From positions 50,096,001-50,160,000 of the forward strand of contig NC_043010.1 in assembly GCF_006345805.1 (NCBI RefSeq): DNA of 64,000 nucleotides, given 5' to 3'. Source of the stretch: Octopus sinensis (Eukaryota). Below the pieces are notes generated by a model. It saw nothing but the letters and a program-made list of their open reading frames with translations. It was not told the origin of the DNA and made no database searches. The position numbers and the translations under genes are program-made. Below, in pieces: positions 52,242 through 64,000 of the stretch. The first letter of the stretch is position 1; each line of letters starts with the position of its first letter.

Positions 52242-52270
52242 CGGGCGTGCGTGCGTGCGTGCGCGCGCGT
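47180..52270. repeat. Compound microsatellite block: (GT)n, (GTAT)n, (CT)n, (TA)n, (CATA)n, (CTAT)n, (GC)n
   Basis: Seen directly. It accounts for the many VC/MY/HT/IY/LSIY ORFs. Confidence 0.97.
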
Positions 52271-53249
52271 GTGTTAGTATCCGCAAGAGAGAGGGATAGT
52301 CAGAGAGGGGAGGAGAGAGATAAAGTGAAGGAGCGTGAGAGAGAGATGGGGAAGGAGAGTGGGTGTAGTGGAAGAGAAGAGGAAAAAGAAGGGAAGATCG
52401 CTGGCGAAGATGGCCGCCCACCCTTACGATATACGGACGACAGCGTCCAAGCAAATAAACTGCATATTGTCGCTGGAAACGATCCCAACTCATTCTTTTA
52501 CGGCTTATTGTCAGTGTATTTATGACAGGCCGTGTAATTCGTTGGAAAAATTTCGCTTCCGATATACAAAATTAAGTAATCATTCATTTTCTTATGTTAC
52601 AAACTTCATTATTCAAAGCAGTCAATATAATATTGTCGGCAGACGTTGCTACGACAACAGATTTCGGAATAAACTGCAATAAAATAAATAACTTTTAGTG
52701 AACAAAACAAAATAAAAATAAGTAGTATCCCAACAACGTTTCTCCCGCAAAAGAAGAGAGGAAAAAGTTCAACTAGGGGAGTTCGATTCCGTCTTGTGAC
52801 AGGAATTTAATTTCGCTAATTTTTCCGTCAAGTGAATTTTCAAAGTATGGTAGACGGAGAGTGACATAAATTACAAACAACTTTGCCCCATGGATATCAA
52901 GCTCGAAAAGTCAGCAGTTCGTAACCTATCGCCGCCACCACTGCATGATGTTGTTGTCGTTGTTGTTATTGCTGCTTTTGTTGTTGGTGTTGTGGTCGTC
53001 GTTGTTTTTGCTGTTGTTATTGCTGTTGTTGTTGCTGCTGCTATTGTTGTTGTTGTTAAACAACAAGACGGGTAAGAGTGATCAGGTGATGGTCTAGGGC
53101 TTAGGGGCGGGAGACCCCAGACCTTGGAAAAAAAAACTATCTTCGTCTTGTTGTAGTCGAGGGCTCTTCGTTGACGCCCAACACCACTGGGAGGTGACCC
53201 TCGAAGTCGCTGGAAATGGAGATCTCCTGGTCCAAATTCTTGAACGGCA

Positions 53250-53395
53250 AATTGCTGCTGCTGCTGCTGCTGTTGTTGTTGTTGTTGTGTTGTTGTTCTT
53301 GTTCTTCTTCTTCTTTTCTTCTTCTTCTTCTTCTTCTTCTTCTTCTTCTTCTTCTTTTCTTCTTCTTCTTCTTCTTCTTCTTCTTCTTCTTCTTT
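53250..53395. repeat. Trinucleotide array (GCT)n(GTT)n(CTT)n
   Basis: Seen directly. Confidence 0.95.
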
Positions 53396-54382
53396 CATCC
53401 CTGGTCAGAGATCAGCTCTGATTGAAAAAAACTTGTGATCAAAACATATCGCACCTATGACTGTCCCAGGGACTACCTTGTTCAGTGTGTCTTTCCTATT
53501 TTGTAAGACGTTTGTGAGTGCTATGAGGAAAAATTGTTTGTTACTTCTTGCAAGTCGAGCGAACACGTAGAGGCTCCTTCGTCACAATTTATTACTGTGA
53601 GCAAAGATAACATTACTGTAGATTTGTGGAGTGTTTCTTAAGTTTGAAATACGATGTAGTTTCTTTTGTCGATAAGAGCAAGATATCTTTGATGTATCAG
53701 CGTCCTAACCAGGGGGAAATTAATTTCTCATCCGCATAAGCTGATCCTTGCGAATTGGAGAAGTATATTCTAAGAAAAAAAGAAAAAAAGCGAAACTAGT
53801 GTGGAGAGTTCCAAACCACCATGCGAACTTCGTCTATGATACTGCTTCAATTCGTAGCTGAACCATTTTTCTGTTTTAGTGGTTCATTCAGAGAAGGAAG
53901 GACAGTGTTTATGATATTTTTCAGGCCCGTCGAGACTAATGGCAAGAAATTAACCTCGGACCGAACACATGGTTCGAAAAGGTGGTAAGGTTTTGTACTA
54001 AGGATATATAGTTGTACTTTGAGATCAGATAGAAGGCGAATGTAGCGAGATGGTTCACCAAATTTACTACGCTTGTAAAATATAAGATTAAAATGAAGCT
54101 TCTATGGATGACCTACAACTCATTAAAGGCGCAGGTGTAGCTGTGCTATAAGAAACTTGCTTTCCAGTCACATGGTTCGGGATTCAGACCGACTGAGTGG
54201 CATCTTGGGCAAGTGTCTTCTGCTATAGCCTCAAGCTGACCAAAAGGCTTGTGAGTGGATTTGTTAGTATTTATCGGTCACTTAGACCAAACCGCTAAGT
54301 AACGGGGATATAAACACACCAATACTGGTTGTCAAGGGCAAATACAGACACAAAGGCTCACATACATATAGATATATACATA

Positions 54383-54419
<37 letters not shown>

Positions 54420-54553
54420 TGAAGGCGCATGGATCAGTGGTTGGAGCGTCGAGTTTACGATCGCGAAGTTGTGAGTTCGAATCCCGGACCGGGCTGCGTG
54501 TTGTGTTCTTGAGCAAGACACTATATTTCCCGTTGCTCCAGTTCACTCAGCCT

Positions 54554-54610
<57 letters not shown>

Positions 54611-54613
<3 letters not shown>

Positions 54614-54885
54614 GGTGTCCCGAAATTAAGATAACCGAAGTTTCGGACTTTAATAACCATCAGTAGATGTGATAAGATATGAAAACTATATATCCTTATA
54701 AAAGCTTACTGTTTTTTTTTTATTTTTGCTTCAGACTAAATAAATTCAGATTTATAAATTAGTTAATGGCTATAGACCGGAATACAATTATAACCCTCTG
54801 AAAAGGAGGCGAAAATAATATAGCTATAGCAAAAAAGCTTAAAATTAACTAATCGGCAGTCTGGAAAACTATCAAGAAATTTCAT
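54611..54885 (+). mobile_element. Tc1-like transposon 5' fragment, truncated at a SINE B
   Basis: (TA)n|CAGGGTGTCCC terminus. From ATG 54766, MAIDRNTIITL*KGGENNIAIAKKLKIN*SAVWKTIKKF resembles the Tc1 N-terminal HTH. Confidence 0.7.
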
Positions 54886-57539
54886 GATCGTAAGGTCGCG
54901 AGTTCAATTCCCGGCGGCGCGTTGTGTCCTTGAGCAAGACATTTTATTTCATGTTGCTCCAGTCCACTAAGCTGGCAAAAATGAGTAGTACCCGTATTTC
55001 AAAGGGCCAGCCTTGTCACACTCTGTGTCACGCCGAATCTCCCCGAGAACTACGTTAAGGGTACACATGTCTGTGGACTGTTCAGTCACTTGTACGTTAA
55101 TTTCACGAGCTAGCTGTTCCGTTGATCGTATCAGCTGGGACCCTCGTCGTCGCAACCGACGGAGTGCTCCTACATGCATCCCATGAACTTATCAGTTCTT
55201 TTCCTCATTAAATGAGGACATGAAAATGAACAAATTAGTGGTAAACCGTCGAACTGATAAATGCTTAACAGACCTAAGATCAACGCTTCTCATTGCCAGA
55301 CAAGTTTAATATGCCAAAGACAGCAACCATCAATTAAACATCTGTTTGATAAATAAATTAATTAACAATCAAAATCAAAACGATGTAAAAAATAAAAACA
55401 AATAGAAAAACATCTGCACCAAAAGTTAATTTCTGGCATACAAAGGACACTAATTTTCAAGTGATGGAAATATGGCAAGTTGTGTCACAATCCGCCATTT
55501 TTCTGTGACATAGGTGACGTCAGTGAAACTAAATGGCATCGAACAGGGATACAAGAAATTTGGCCGCAGAATTGTCTCGTGAATAATTAATCTTTATTTA
55601 TTTAAATACAAAGAAAAGGGGAAGAACAGAGATAAGAAAGGAAAAGAAAAGAAAGAAAACAGGGGGGGGGTATAGTAGATAAGATAGATGGCGGGGAGGA
55701 GGCGATGGTCCACACATCCCAGAACACAAATAGCGTACACAGGCGCACCTCGCGCTGATGACCCTGATGGCGTTGCCGCAGAGAATGATCAGTGACTCTC
55801 GGCGAAGCAACCACTTCACCTCCCTATTTTGCGGAGGAAATCGGTAGACGAGGTCCGAGAACATCCGACGTCTTGACGGCGACCAACACAAACTGATAGC
55901 GGCCGGCCAGACCCCTCTAGTTATTGATTTTTCTCTCTTCCATGTTACGGGCGACGCCACCCGAGGTTTTAATCTAAAGCTCGCCTCTCTAATGTTTAAT
56001 ACGCGAGAAAGACAATGAGCCTCACCAAGTGGAATACCAACGGTGTTTTTGAAGGCTAATATCGTCTGTAATGTGTCAAATAGCAGTCCTTCTATATAAA
56101 AATATATTTCTCTTTCTCTCGAGATGCTGATACATAACACAACATTGATTTCTTCGGAAACTTTGGTTCCAAAGTCTTACCGGTCTACTGATTTTTTTTC
56201 CGAATCAAGAGTGGCTGCCTTCGTCAACATACTCTAAATTAAACAAATAATAAATTTACTTAAATAATTGAATGAAATAAATTAGCGTGGATTATAAGAG
56301 GTTCCGCATTAAGCGTGTCCGGAAAGTCGCTGTTGCACCTGTATTTCGTGAGTTCAGCATACAGTCTGAAGGCCTCAATCAGTTTCATTATATTGGGCTT
56401 CCTCTTCCGTGTAGTTTGGTTAGTGAAGGCGCGTGGCTTAGTGGTTAGGGTATTCGGCTTACGATTGTAAGGTCGTGAGTTCGATTTCCGACGACGCGTT
56501 GTGTCCTTGAGCAAGACACTTTATTTCACGTTGCTCCAGTCCACTCAGCTGGCAAAAATGAGTAGTAGCTGTATTTCAAAGGGCAGGCCTTGTCACGCTC
56601 TGTGTCACGCTGAATCTCCCTGAGAACTACGTTAGGGGTACACGTGTCTGTGGATTGCTCAGTCACTTGCACGTTAATTTCACGAGCAGGCTAATCCGTT
56701 GATCGGATCAGCTGGGATCCTCGTCGTCGTAACCAACGGAGTGCTCCTAGTTTGGTTATCAGTTATTGTTATAGTTAATGCTGTTTAACAATACTTGGCC
56801 CTGTTTGAGAAGATCTATGATGAAAGACATTCCAACCCTGACCAGTCCATCTTTTTTTTTTCTTAAGCATAGCTTATCAAAGGCCAGTGATTCCCAAATG
56901 GTTCCATACCGTCCCTACGGGAGTTCTAAGAGATATGAAGGGCGCAAGGAATAAGATATTTTAGCATGTTTAATTAAGTTTATTATCTTTATTACATAAG
57001 TATAAAATTTGTGGGTTGTAGTAAGCGTCCAAATCTTCTAGATGAGACTATCTACAAAACTTTGTCGAGAGCAATGTTTAGGGCCCACATTACCAAAGTA
57101 TCTTCTTTATTTTGTTGCTGTGTAGCCCGAGGTAAGTCCTATTAAGTAGGCCTATGATCAAAGCAGTGACCATACCATATTTCTTTTTCAGGCAAAGTGC
57201 ATTTAGATCTACCTTATCCAATGTGCCATCTCTTTTATTCTGATCTTTAGTTGAGCTTCAGCTCTGCTCTGGTCGACCAAACTTTCGACCAAAGACCCAA
57301 AGACGTTCCGAGGGAGTTTTTTTTTTCTTTTCGTCCAACCTTTCGTCCAACAATTGAAATAGCATCGGGAAATTTTAGTTATATTCTGAATAACAACATT
57401 TATAGAGCACTAAGACTGCTTAAAAGTCGGAAAATGCTGGACAGAAGCAGTGTGAAGACATACAATAATAGAGTCCAATACGGATGCAATTGACCCTGGC
57501 CATGAATAGTTTCGAATTTTGAAGCAACAATAGAAATTT

Positions 57540-57945
57540 TAAGGGAGCGGTTAAGTCGATTACATTGATCCGAGTGTTCGACTGGTCGGTACTTATTTCA
57601 TCAATCCCGAAAAGATTAAGGACAAACCTCGAACTCGACAGAGTTCGAACGTAAAGAGCTGGAACCAATGCAGTTAAGCGTTTTGTGCTACTCGTATCGA
57701 TCCTAGCATCTCGCCGCTTTGACACTTGTTGAAATGATTTCAAATTTTGGTACAAGGCCAGCAACCTCGGGGGAGGGCGTAAGTCGATTACATCGACCCC
57801 AGTACTCATCTGAGACTTATCTCATCGGCCCTGAAAGGTAAAGTCGGCTTCGACAGAATTTGAACTCAGAACGTAAAGACGGACGAAATGCCGCTAAGCA
57901 TTTTGCCCGGCGTGCTAAAGATTCTGCCAGCTCACCACCTCATAC
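57540..57945 (-). mobile_element. Two tandem SINE family C copies
   Basis: Reverse complement of the 38336 element, occurring twice. Confidence 0.7.
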
Positions 57946-58467
57946 ACTGGTTGTAAATGAACAGACATTAACAAGCGAGGTGAGATTATTGCAACGTTTG
58001 AGAACGCCCTTTGAATATCTACAGGTGGAAAAGATGTAAATGTCAAGTACTGGACATTACCTCTCGAGTCATAGGAGTAACAGAGTCGCAGGAGTCATAG
58101 AGCCGTTTACCCGGTTGTGTAAGTGATCGAGATTACAACATATTTCTCAAAACGGGACGCAGGGTTTCCCATTTGCAGTTGAGTGGACTGGAGCAACGTG
58201 AAATAAAGTGTTTTGCTCAAGAGCACAAAATATACTATCAGGACCAGGAATAGAAACCGAAATCTTTCAAACGTGAGTGCAACATCCCAACAACTAGGGC
58301 CATGCGCTTTTACATACCAACAAGAGGAGTTTCTTAATATCTTAAATCATAAATTATAAAGCTTTAACCATAAAGCTTAAATCATAACATATTGATTTCT
58401 GTAAAGAATGCTATGTCCAGTTTAGGATCTGATAACTCTTTTATATATGCAAAGAGTTACTCTATTT

Positions 58468-58639
58468 TACTCTCTTTTACTTGTTTCAGTCAGTTGACTG
58501 TGGCTATGCTGGAGCACCGCTTTTAGTCGAGCAAATCGACCCCAGGACTTATTCTTTGTAAGCCTAGTACTTCTTCTATCGGTCTCTTTTGGCGGGATGT
58601 AAACACACCAGCATGTGGGGACAAACACAGACACCCAAT

Positions 58640-58715
<76 letters not shown>

Positions 58716-58878
58716 CAACGGGCTTCTTTCAGTTTCCGTCTACCAAATCCACTCACAAGGCTTTGGTCGGCCCGAGGCTATAGTGGAAGACACTTACCCA
58801 AGGTGCCACGCAGTAGGATTGAGCCCGGAACCATGTGGTTCGTAAGCAAGCTACATACCACACAGCCACTCCTGCGCC
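58468..58878 (-). mobile_element. SINE family A, full length
   Basis: Ends cacagccactcctgcgcc, the reverse complement of the head. Confidence 0.88.
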
Positions 58879-59373
58879 TAGTGCTGAAAAGTTCTTGGCT
58901 TTGAATAAAAGGAAATACAAGAGGATCAGTAAATTATAATTATATTCAACATATTCTCCTCTCAGATTCACTCTCTTATTGCCTCAGTCCTTCAGTTTTT
59001 GTAAGCCTTGTAAAAGGACTCAGAAAGTTGAGCCCCCAACTAGGCCTTTCGCGGTACCCTTAAAGCCAGGAACTTTTCAACACCCCTATTACATATATAT
59101 ATATTTGTGTGTGCGTGCGTATGTTGTGTGCGTGCATATGTGTGTGTGTGTGTGGTACACACTCATGTACGCGCACACACACATACATACGCTAGTGTAT
59201 GTAGGAGTTTAAAGATAACAGCTAAAACAATGATATATGTGAACTTCTAAGTCATTAATAAAGATTTCTGAATCTGTTAGGTCCTTGGCTCAAATATGAA
59301 CTCACAAAACATTGTCAATCTTACGACTGTACATATTGAATTTAAGGAACACAAGACGGATTGTATATATATA

Positions 59374-59423
<50 letters not shown>

Positions 59424-59451
59424 ATGTATGTATGTATGTATGTATATCTTT

Positions 59452-59853
59452 TGCTCTCTTTTACTTGTTTCAGTCATTTGACTGCGGCCATGCTGGAGCA
59501 CCGCCTTTAGTCGAGCAAATCGACCCCAGGACTTATTCTTTGTAAGCCTAGTACTTATTCTATCGGTCTCTTTTGCCGAACCGCTAAGTTACGAGGACGT
59601 AAACACGCCAGCATCATCGGTTGTCAAGCGATGTTGGGGGGACAACACAGACACACACACACACACACACACACCCACACACACACATATGTACATATAT
59701 ATGACGGGCTTCTTCCAGTTTCCGTCTACCAAATCCACTCACAAGCTTTAGTCGGCCCCAGGCTATAGTAGAAGACACTTGCCCAAGGTGCCACGCAGTG
59801 GGAGTGAACCCGGAACCATGTGGTTGGTAAGCAAGATACTTACCACACAGCCA

Positions 59854-59856
<3 letters not shown>
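59452..59856 (-). mobile_element. SINE family A, near full length, CpG-intact
   Basis: Collinear with the 58468 copy. Confidence 0.88.
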
Positions 59857-59920
<64 letters not shown>

Positions 59921-60050
59921 CATGTGTTATCTATACTTGCATATCAATAATGTATAATTATATAATTATTTCGTGCAAGGCATTGTCTTAAGTGAGCATG
60001 CTCGAAATTATCGAGCTTTTACTCACTTTGTATCTACTTTCAAATAATAA

Positions 60051-60105
<55 letters not shown>

Positions 60106-60469
60106 TAGTAATAATATACCAGGCACTGGCTCTTATGGCTTCTGATCTTAACTGATTGGAAGTGCTATTATGTACGTGTTTTGTCTTGATATAACTAGAT
60201 GAGCTGCAGCAAATATTCTGCTCAATACCACAGTTTTGCTTGTCATTTACATCACCTTAACCAGTTGAGCAGGGCCCTTCGTATATGTGTACCCCAGTGT
60301 CACTTTGAGCGCTGCTCTCTCACCCAATATTAATAATATTTCTTTCTTCTATAGGCACAAGGCCTGAAATTTTGGAATGAGAGGAGGAAAAAGTCAATTA
60401 CATTGACCCAACACTTGAATGGCACTTATTTTATCTGCCCTAAAAGGATGAAAGGTAAAGTCGATCTCG

Positions 60470-60734
60470 AAGAAAAAGAAAGAAGGAACGAAAGAAAAAG
60501 AAAAACTTGAAAGAAAGAACAAACAAAAAAAAAAGAAAGAAAGATAGAAATAAGGAAAGAAAGAAAGAAATAAAGAAAAAAGGAGGAAGGAAGGAAAGAA
60601 GAAAAAAGAAAGAAAAGAGGAAGGAAAGGAGAAAAAAGAAAGAAAAGAGGAAGGAAAGAAGAAAAAGAAAGAAAGAAAAAAGGAGGAAGTAAGGAAAGAA
60701 GAAAAAAGAAAGAAAGGAGGAAGGAAAGAAGAAA

Positions 60735-60766
<32 letters not shown>

Positions 60767-61060
60767 AGAAAGGAAAAGGAGGAAGCAAGGAAAGAAGAAA
60801 AAAGAAAGAAAGGCGGAAGGAAAGAAGAAAAAGAAAGAAAGAAAGAAAGAAAGGAAAAGGAGGAAGGAAGGAAAGAAGAAAAAAGAAAGAAAGGAGGAAG
60901 GAAAGAAGAAAAAGAAAGAAAGAAAGAAAGGAAAAGGAGGAAGGAAGGAAAGAAGAAAAAAGAAAGAAAGGCGGAAGGAAAAAAGAAAAGGAAAGAAGGA
61001 AGGAATTGAGGGAGGAAGGTAAGAAAGAAAAAATAAAAAGAATGAAAAAAAGAAAGTAGG
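60470..61060. repeat. Almost pure polypurine (GAAA/GGAA) satellite
   Basis: Seen directly. Confidence 0.95.
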
Positions 61061-61312
61061 CGAATATGATTGTAAGGTCAAATATTGAATAGGATATTTA
61101 TCATAAAAAGATCGCGAAGTTAATTGTATTGACTACGATTATAGATTGTCATAAATAAAATTAAGATAATAAAGCGATTTATTTGTGATTTTTGTATAGA
61201 TGGAAGTGATAGCTTTTTAAAGTAAAAAAAAAAGAAGCAAAATGAAGAATAAGCGAAAGTGATTGACAGGGGATAAATTGCGTTTTAATCCAATTGTACA
61301 AATAAAAGGGGC

Positions 61313-61319
61313 CAATAAC

Positions 61320-61368
<49 letters not shown>

Positions 61369-61413
61369 GTAATAATATTAACAATAATAACAACAACAAC
61401 AATAATAATAATG

Positions 61414-61471
<58 letters not shown>

Positions 61472-61550
61472 TAACAACAACAACAACAACAATAAAAATG
61501 ATGATAATAATAATAATAATAATAATAAAAAAATAATAATAATGATAATA
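61313..61550. repeat. (AAT)n/(AAC)n microsatellite
   Basis: Seen directly. Source of the poly-Asn and poly-Leu ORFs. Confidence 0.95.
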
Positions 61551-61765
61551 TAGACAGTCGATTACAGCTACTCCAGTAACTAACTGGTACTTATTTCATC
61601 GACCCTTAAAGGATGAAAGGTAAAGTCGACCTCCACAGAGTTTGAACTCAGAACATAAAGACGGACGAAATGCTGCTATTCATTTTACTCGATGTACTAC
61701 AATTCTGCCAGCTCGTCGCCTTAGTAGTAGTAGTAGTAGTAAGTAGTAGTAGTAGTAGTAGTAGT

Positions 61766-61799
<34 letters not shown>

Positions 61800-61801
61800 G
61801 A

Positions 61802-62180
61802 GTAGTAGACAAAGAGAATAGAAAGTGTCAGATAATTGACTTTACAGTCCCGATTGAGGAGTGAGTCAATATGAGAGTTATAGAGAAAATAACTAAGTAT
61901 CAGGACCTAGCCATAGAGTTACAGAGGCTGCGGAAAGCGCGGGTAAACTGTATCCCTGTAGTTATAGGTACATTAGGAACTGTCCTTAAATATTTGAACA
62001 GATGGATGGAGGAAACAGACATAAAACCTAGTTTAGTACAGTTCCTGAAAACAGTGTTATTAGGGACAGCTAGGATACTTTGGAGGGTCCTTAGCACCTA
62101 AGGTTACCCGTTGTAGCCCGATGCTTGGGGTTTTTCTTTTCTGACTGTTTAATCTGTTGTGCGTATATGAAATAATAATA
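61802..62180 (+). mobile_element. R4/Dong-clade non-LTR retrotransposon 3' end (restriction-like endonuclease C-terminus), 5'-truncated
   Basis: VVDKENRKCQIIDFTVPIEE*VNMRVIEKITKYQDLAIELQRLRKARVNCIPVVIGTLG...KTVLLGTARILWRVL* resembles the RLE motif (PDIVVVDK...IID.AVP...EKI.KYQDL..E..RLW...V.PVVIGALG). A short 3' UTR ends in (AAT)n. Confidence 0.85.
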
Positions 62181-62571
62181 TTAATCCTTTCTACTATCGG
62201 CCCATGGACTGCAATTTTGTGAGGTAGGAAAAGTTGGTTATATTGCCTCCAGGGCTGAACTGGTACTTATTTTATCGGCCCCTAGTGAGATTTGAACTCG
62301 GAACGTAAAGAACTGGAAGAAGATGTACCTCAAAACAATTTTTTCGACGCTTCTGTGAATCTCCAGGATAATGATTTTTTTTTATTTGTCACCGGGGTGT
62401 CGGGTGAAAGAGACATTACGAAGACTGATTACATAAAGCGTTGGGAGTTACACAAAATCAGGGATAGGTTCTCTGTCGATTTCTGGCGTGTAGCTAGCCA
62501 CTCTGCTCGTAACTTGCCGAGTTACAACGCCAACGTTTATAGTTTTACTATCAAGTCAAATGTGGAGGCGC

Positions 62572-62830
62572 AATGGTCCAGTGATTAGGGCAGCGGACTC
62601 GCAGTTGGAGGATCGCGGTTTCGATTCCCAGATCGGGCGTTGTGTGTGTTTATTGAGCGAATACACCTAAAACTTCAACGAGGCTCCGGCAGGGGGTGGT
62701 GGTGGTGACCCCTGTTGTACTCTTTCGCCACAACTTTCTCTCACTCTTTCTGGCGTCCCGTCCAGCTTGAGAGAACAGAAACCGGGAAATCGGGCCCCAT
62801 GAGCCTGGCCAGGCTTGAAACGGGCGGCGT
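62572..62830 (+). mobile_element. tRNA-derived SINE, further family (head ggaggcgcaatggtccagtgattagg)
   Basis: A-box-like tggtccagtg and B-box ggtttcgattccc, followed by a gttgtgtgtgtttattgagc core. Confidence 0.65.
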
Positions 62831-63119
62831 TTATCGTTTTTATCAAGTCAAATATAATTGTTTCACCTAAAGAAAAAATATGTTCTTTTTCAGTATGAAT
62901 TTTGGTCCTTTACATATGACTCACGTAATCTATATCAACTAATGAAAACGCAGGGATCCGATGACTCCTTGAATTAATGCATTTTGTCATTATTGTTCAA
63001 TCTGTCCATCAGAAGGATCAAGAATTCATGTAACTTAAACTAATGGAAAAAGCCATCAAGCGAATAAATACAATTATACCAGATGTATTGAGTCCGTTTC
63101 ACTATTTTGTTATAAACAA

Positions 63120-63245
<126 letters not shown>

Positions 63246-63625
63246 GCTAGCTGTCTCTTTTATCTTTAATCTTTTACTAGTTTCAGTCATTCGTTCCACC
63301 ACTACTGCTTGTGCTGGTGTATTTACGTCTCCGTAACGTAGCGGTTTGGCAAAAAAGATCGATAAAATAAGTACCAAGCTTAAAAAAGTAAGTCGATACA
63401 TTCGACTAAAATTTCTTCGAGACGGTGCCCCAGCGTGGCCGCAGTCTAATGACTGAAACAAGTAAAAGATATATACAAGTGGATGTAAGGAAGAAAATAT
63501 GAATTTCCGAGCGAGCAAGAAATAATTTTTGTTTGAAATATTGGCTCTCATGGCACATCACATAAAGTTGCCAATAATGGCATATTGGGTTGCAAAAACC
63601 TTTTTTAGATAGAAAAAAGCAGAAG

Positions 63626-63697
63626 GCTGATCGTGGGACTCGAACACACATCTACTGCAGACATGGCAGGCGGTCTGTCATTGAATCAAAGCAATCC
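63626..63697 (-). pseudogene. tRNA-Gly(GCC)-like remnant or SINE head
   Basis: Minus strand ...gaccgcctGCCatgtctgcag...gttcgagtcccac. Anticodon loop and T-loop are recognisable, but no intact cloverleaf is seen. Confidence 0.35.
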
Positions 63698-64000
63698 TTC
63701 GCATTTATCTATCCATTTTAGAAATCTTATTCTTAGGACCGAGAATTGCCTGTTTGTGACATCATAAGAATTTATAAAACTTCGAGAGAACGTGAAATAA
63801 TTCTTCTTTTTTTTTTTTTTTTTTGAAATATTGACTCTCGAAGCACATCACATAAAGAATAAAATATCTTTTCATATGTAATATATTTTAACATATTACA
63901 CGTCGCTACACTTATTTTTCTGTTACTGGTTTAAATCAATATATAAAAAAGTCTCATTCGGTGCCGGTGCAACCACCAATGTGCAAGTATTAAAATTAAT

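Noticed and set aside
47178-52277. Dozens of long ORFs (VCVC, MYVC, HTHT, IYIY, LSIY), up to 208 aa
   Set aside because: Translations of di- and tetranucleotide microsatellites that happen to lack stops.
53821-53988. 55-codon ORF with ccaccATG context and an internal exon-like 60-mer (53925-53984)
   Set aside because: Short, unrecognisable and isolated. Such motifs are expected by chance.
56015-56059. MSLTKWNTNG resembling an L1 APE endonuclease start
   Set aside because: A stop follows within 5 codons, and there are no downstream APE motifs.
60426-61553. Phe/Leu/Ser-rich 213-aa ORF, Lys/Arg/Glu ORF, poly-Asn and poly-Leu ORFs
   Set aside because: Products of the purine satellite and (AAT)n.

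Overview
AT-rich, microsatellite-dense animal genomic DNA. The repeat families look like those of a coleoid cephalopod, probably Octopus (inference from pattern recognition, no search run). One protein-coding gene is supported: the 3' part of dynactin subunit 1 (DCTN1/p150Glued) on the + strand. Twelve GT-AG exons (14364-28567) splice in frame to the stop codon. Its upstream exons are not securely placed, although a 27-nt candidate microexon lies in a 1.2-kb tandem duplication near the start. The rest is introns and intergenic DNA filled with tRNA-derived SINEs, RTE and R4/Dong LINE remnants, mariner/Tc1, hAT, piggyBac-type and Helitron-like elements, fold-back elements and simple repeats. Most ORF-track entries are microsatellite or SINE artefacts. 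The most interesting signals are four minimal type-I hammerhead-ribozyme-like motifs of the Penelope/retrozyme kind. One sits at the tail of a tRNA-headed SINE-like element, and two form an inverted pair with a 31-bp duplication starting at the predicted cleavage site. Also notable are long intronic hairpins in DCTN1 (possible ADAR substrates), a CpG-decay boundary near 44 kb, a miR-279-seed hairpin, and an unexplained GC-rich cassette present twice.
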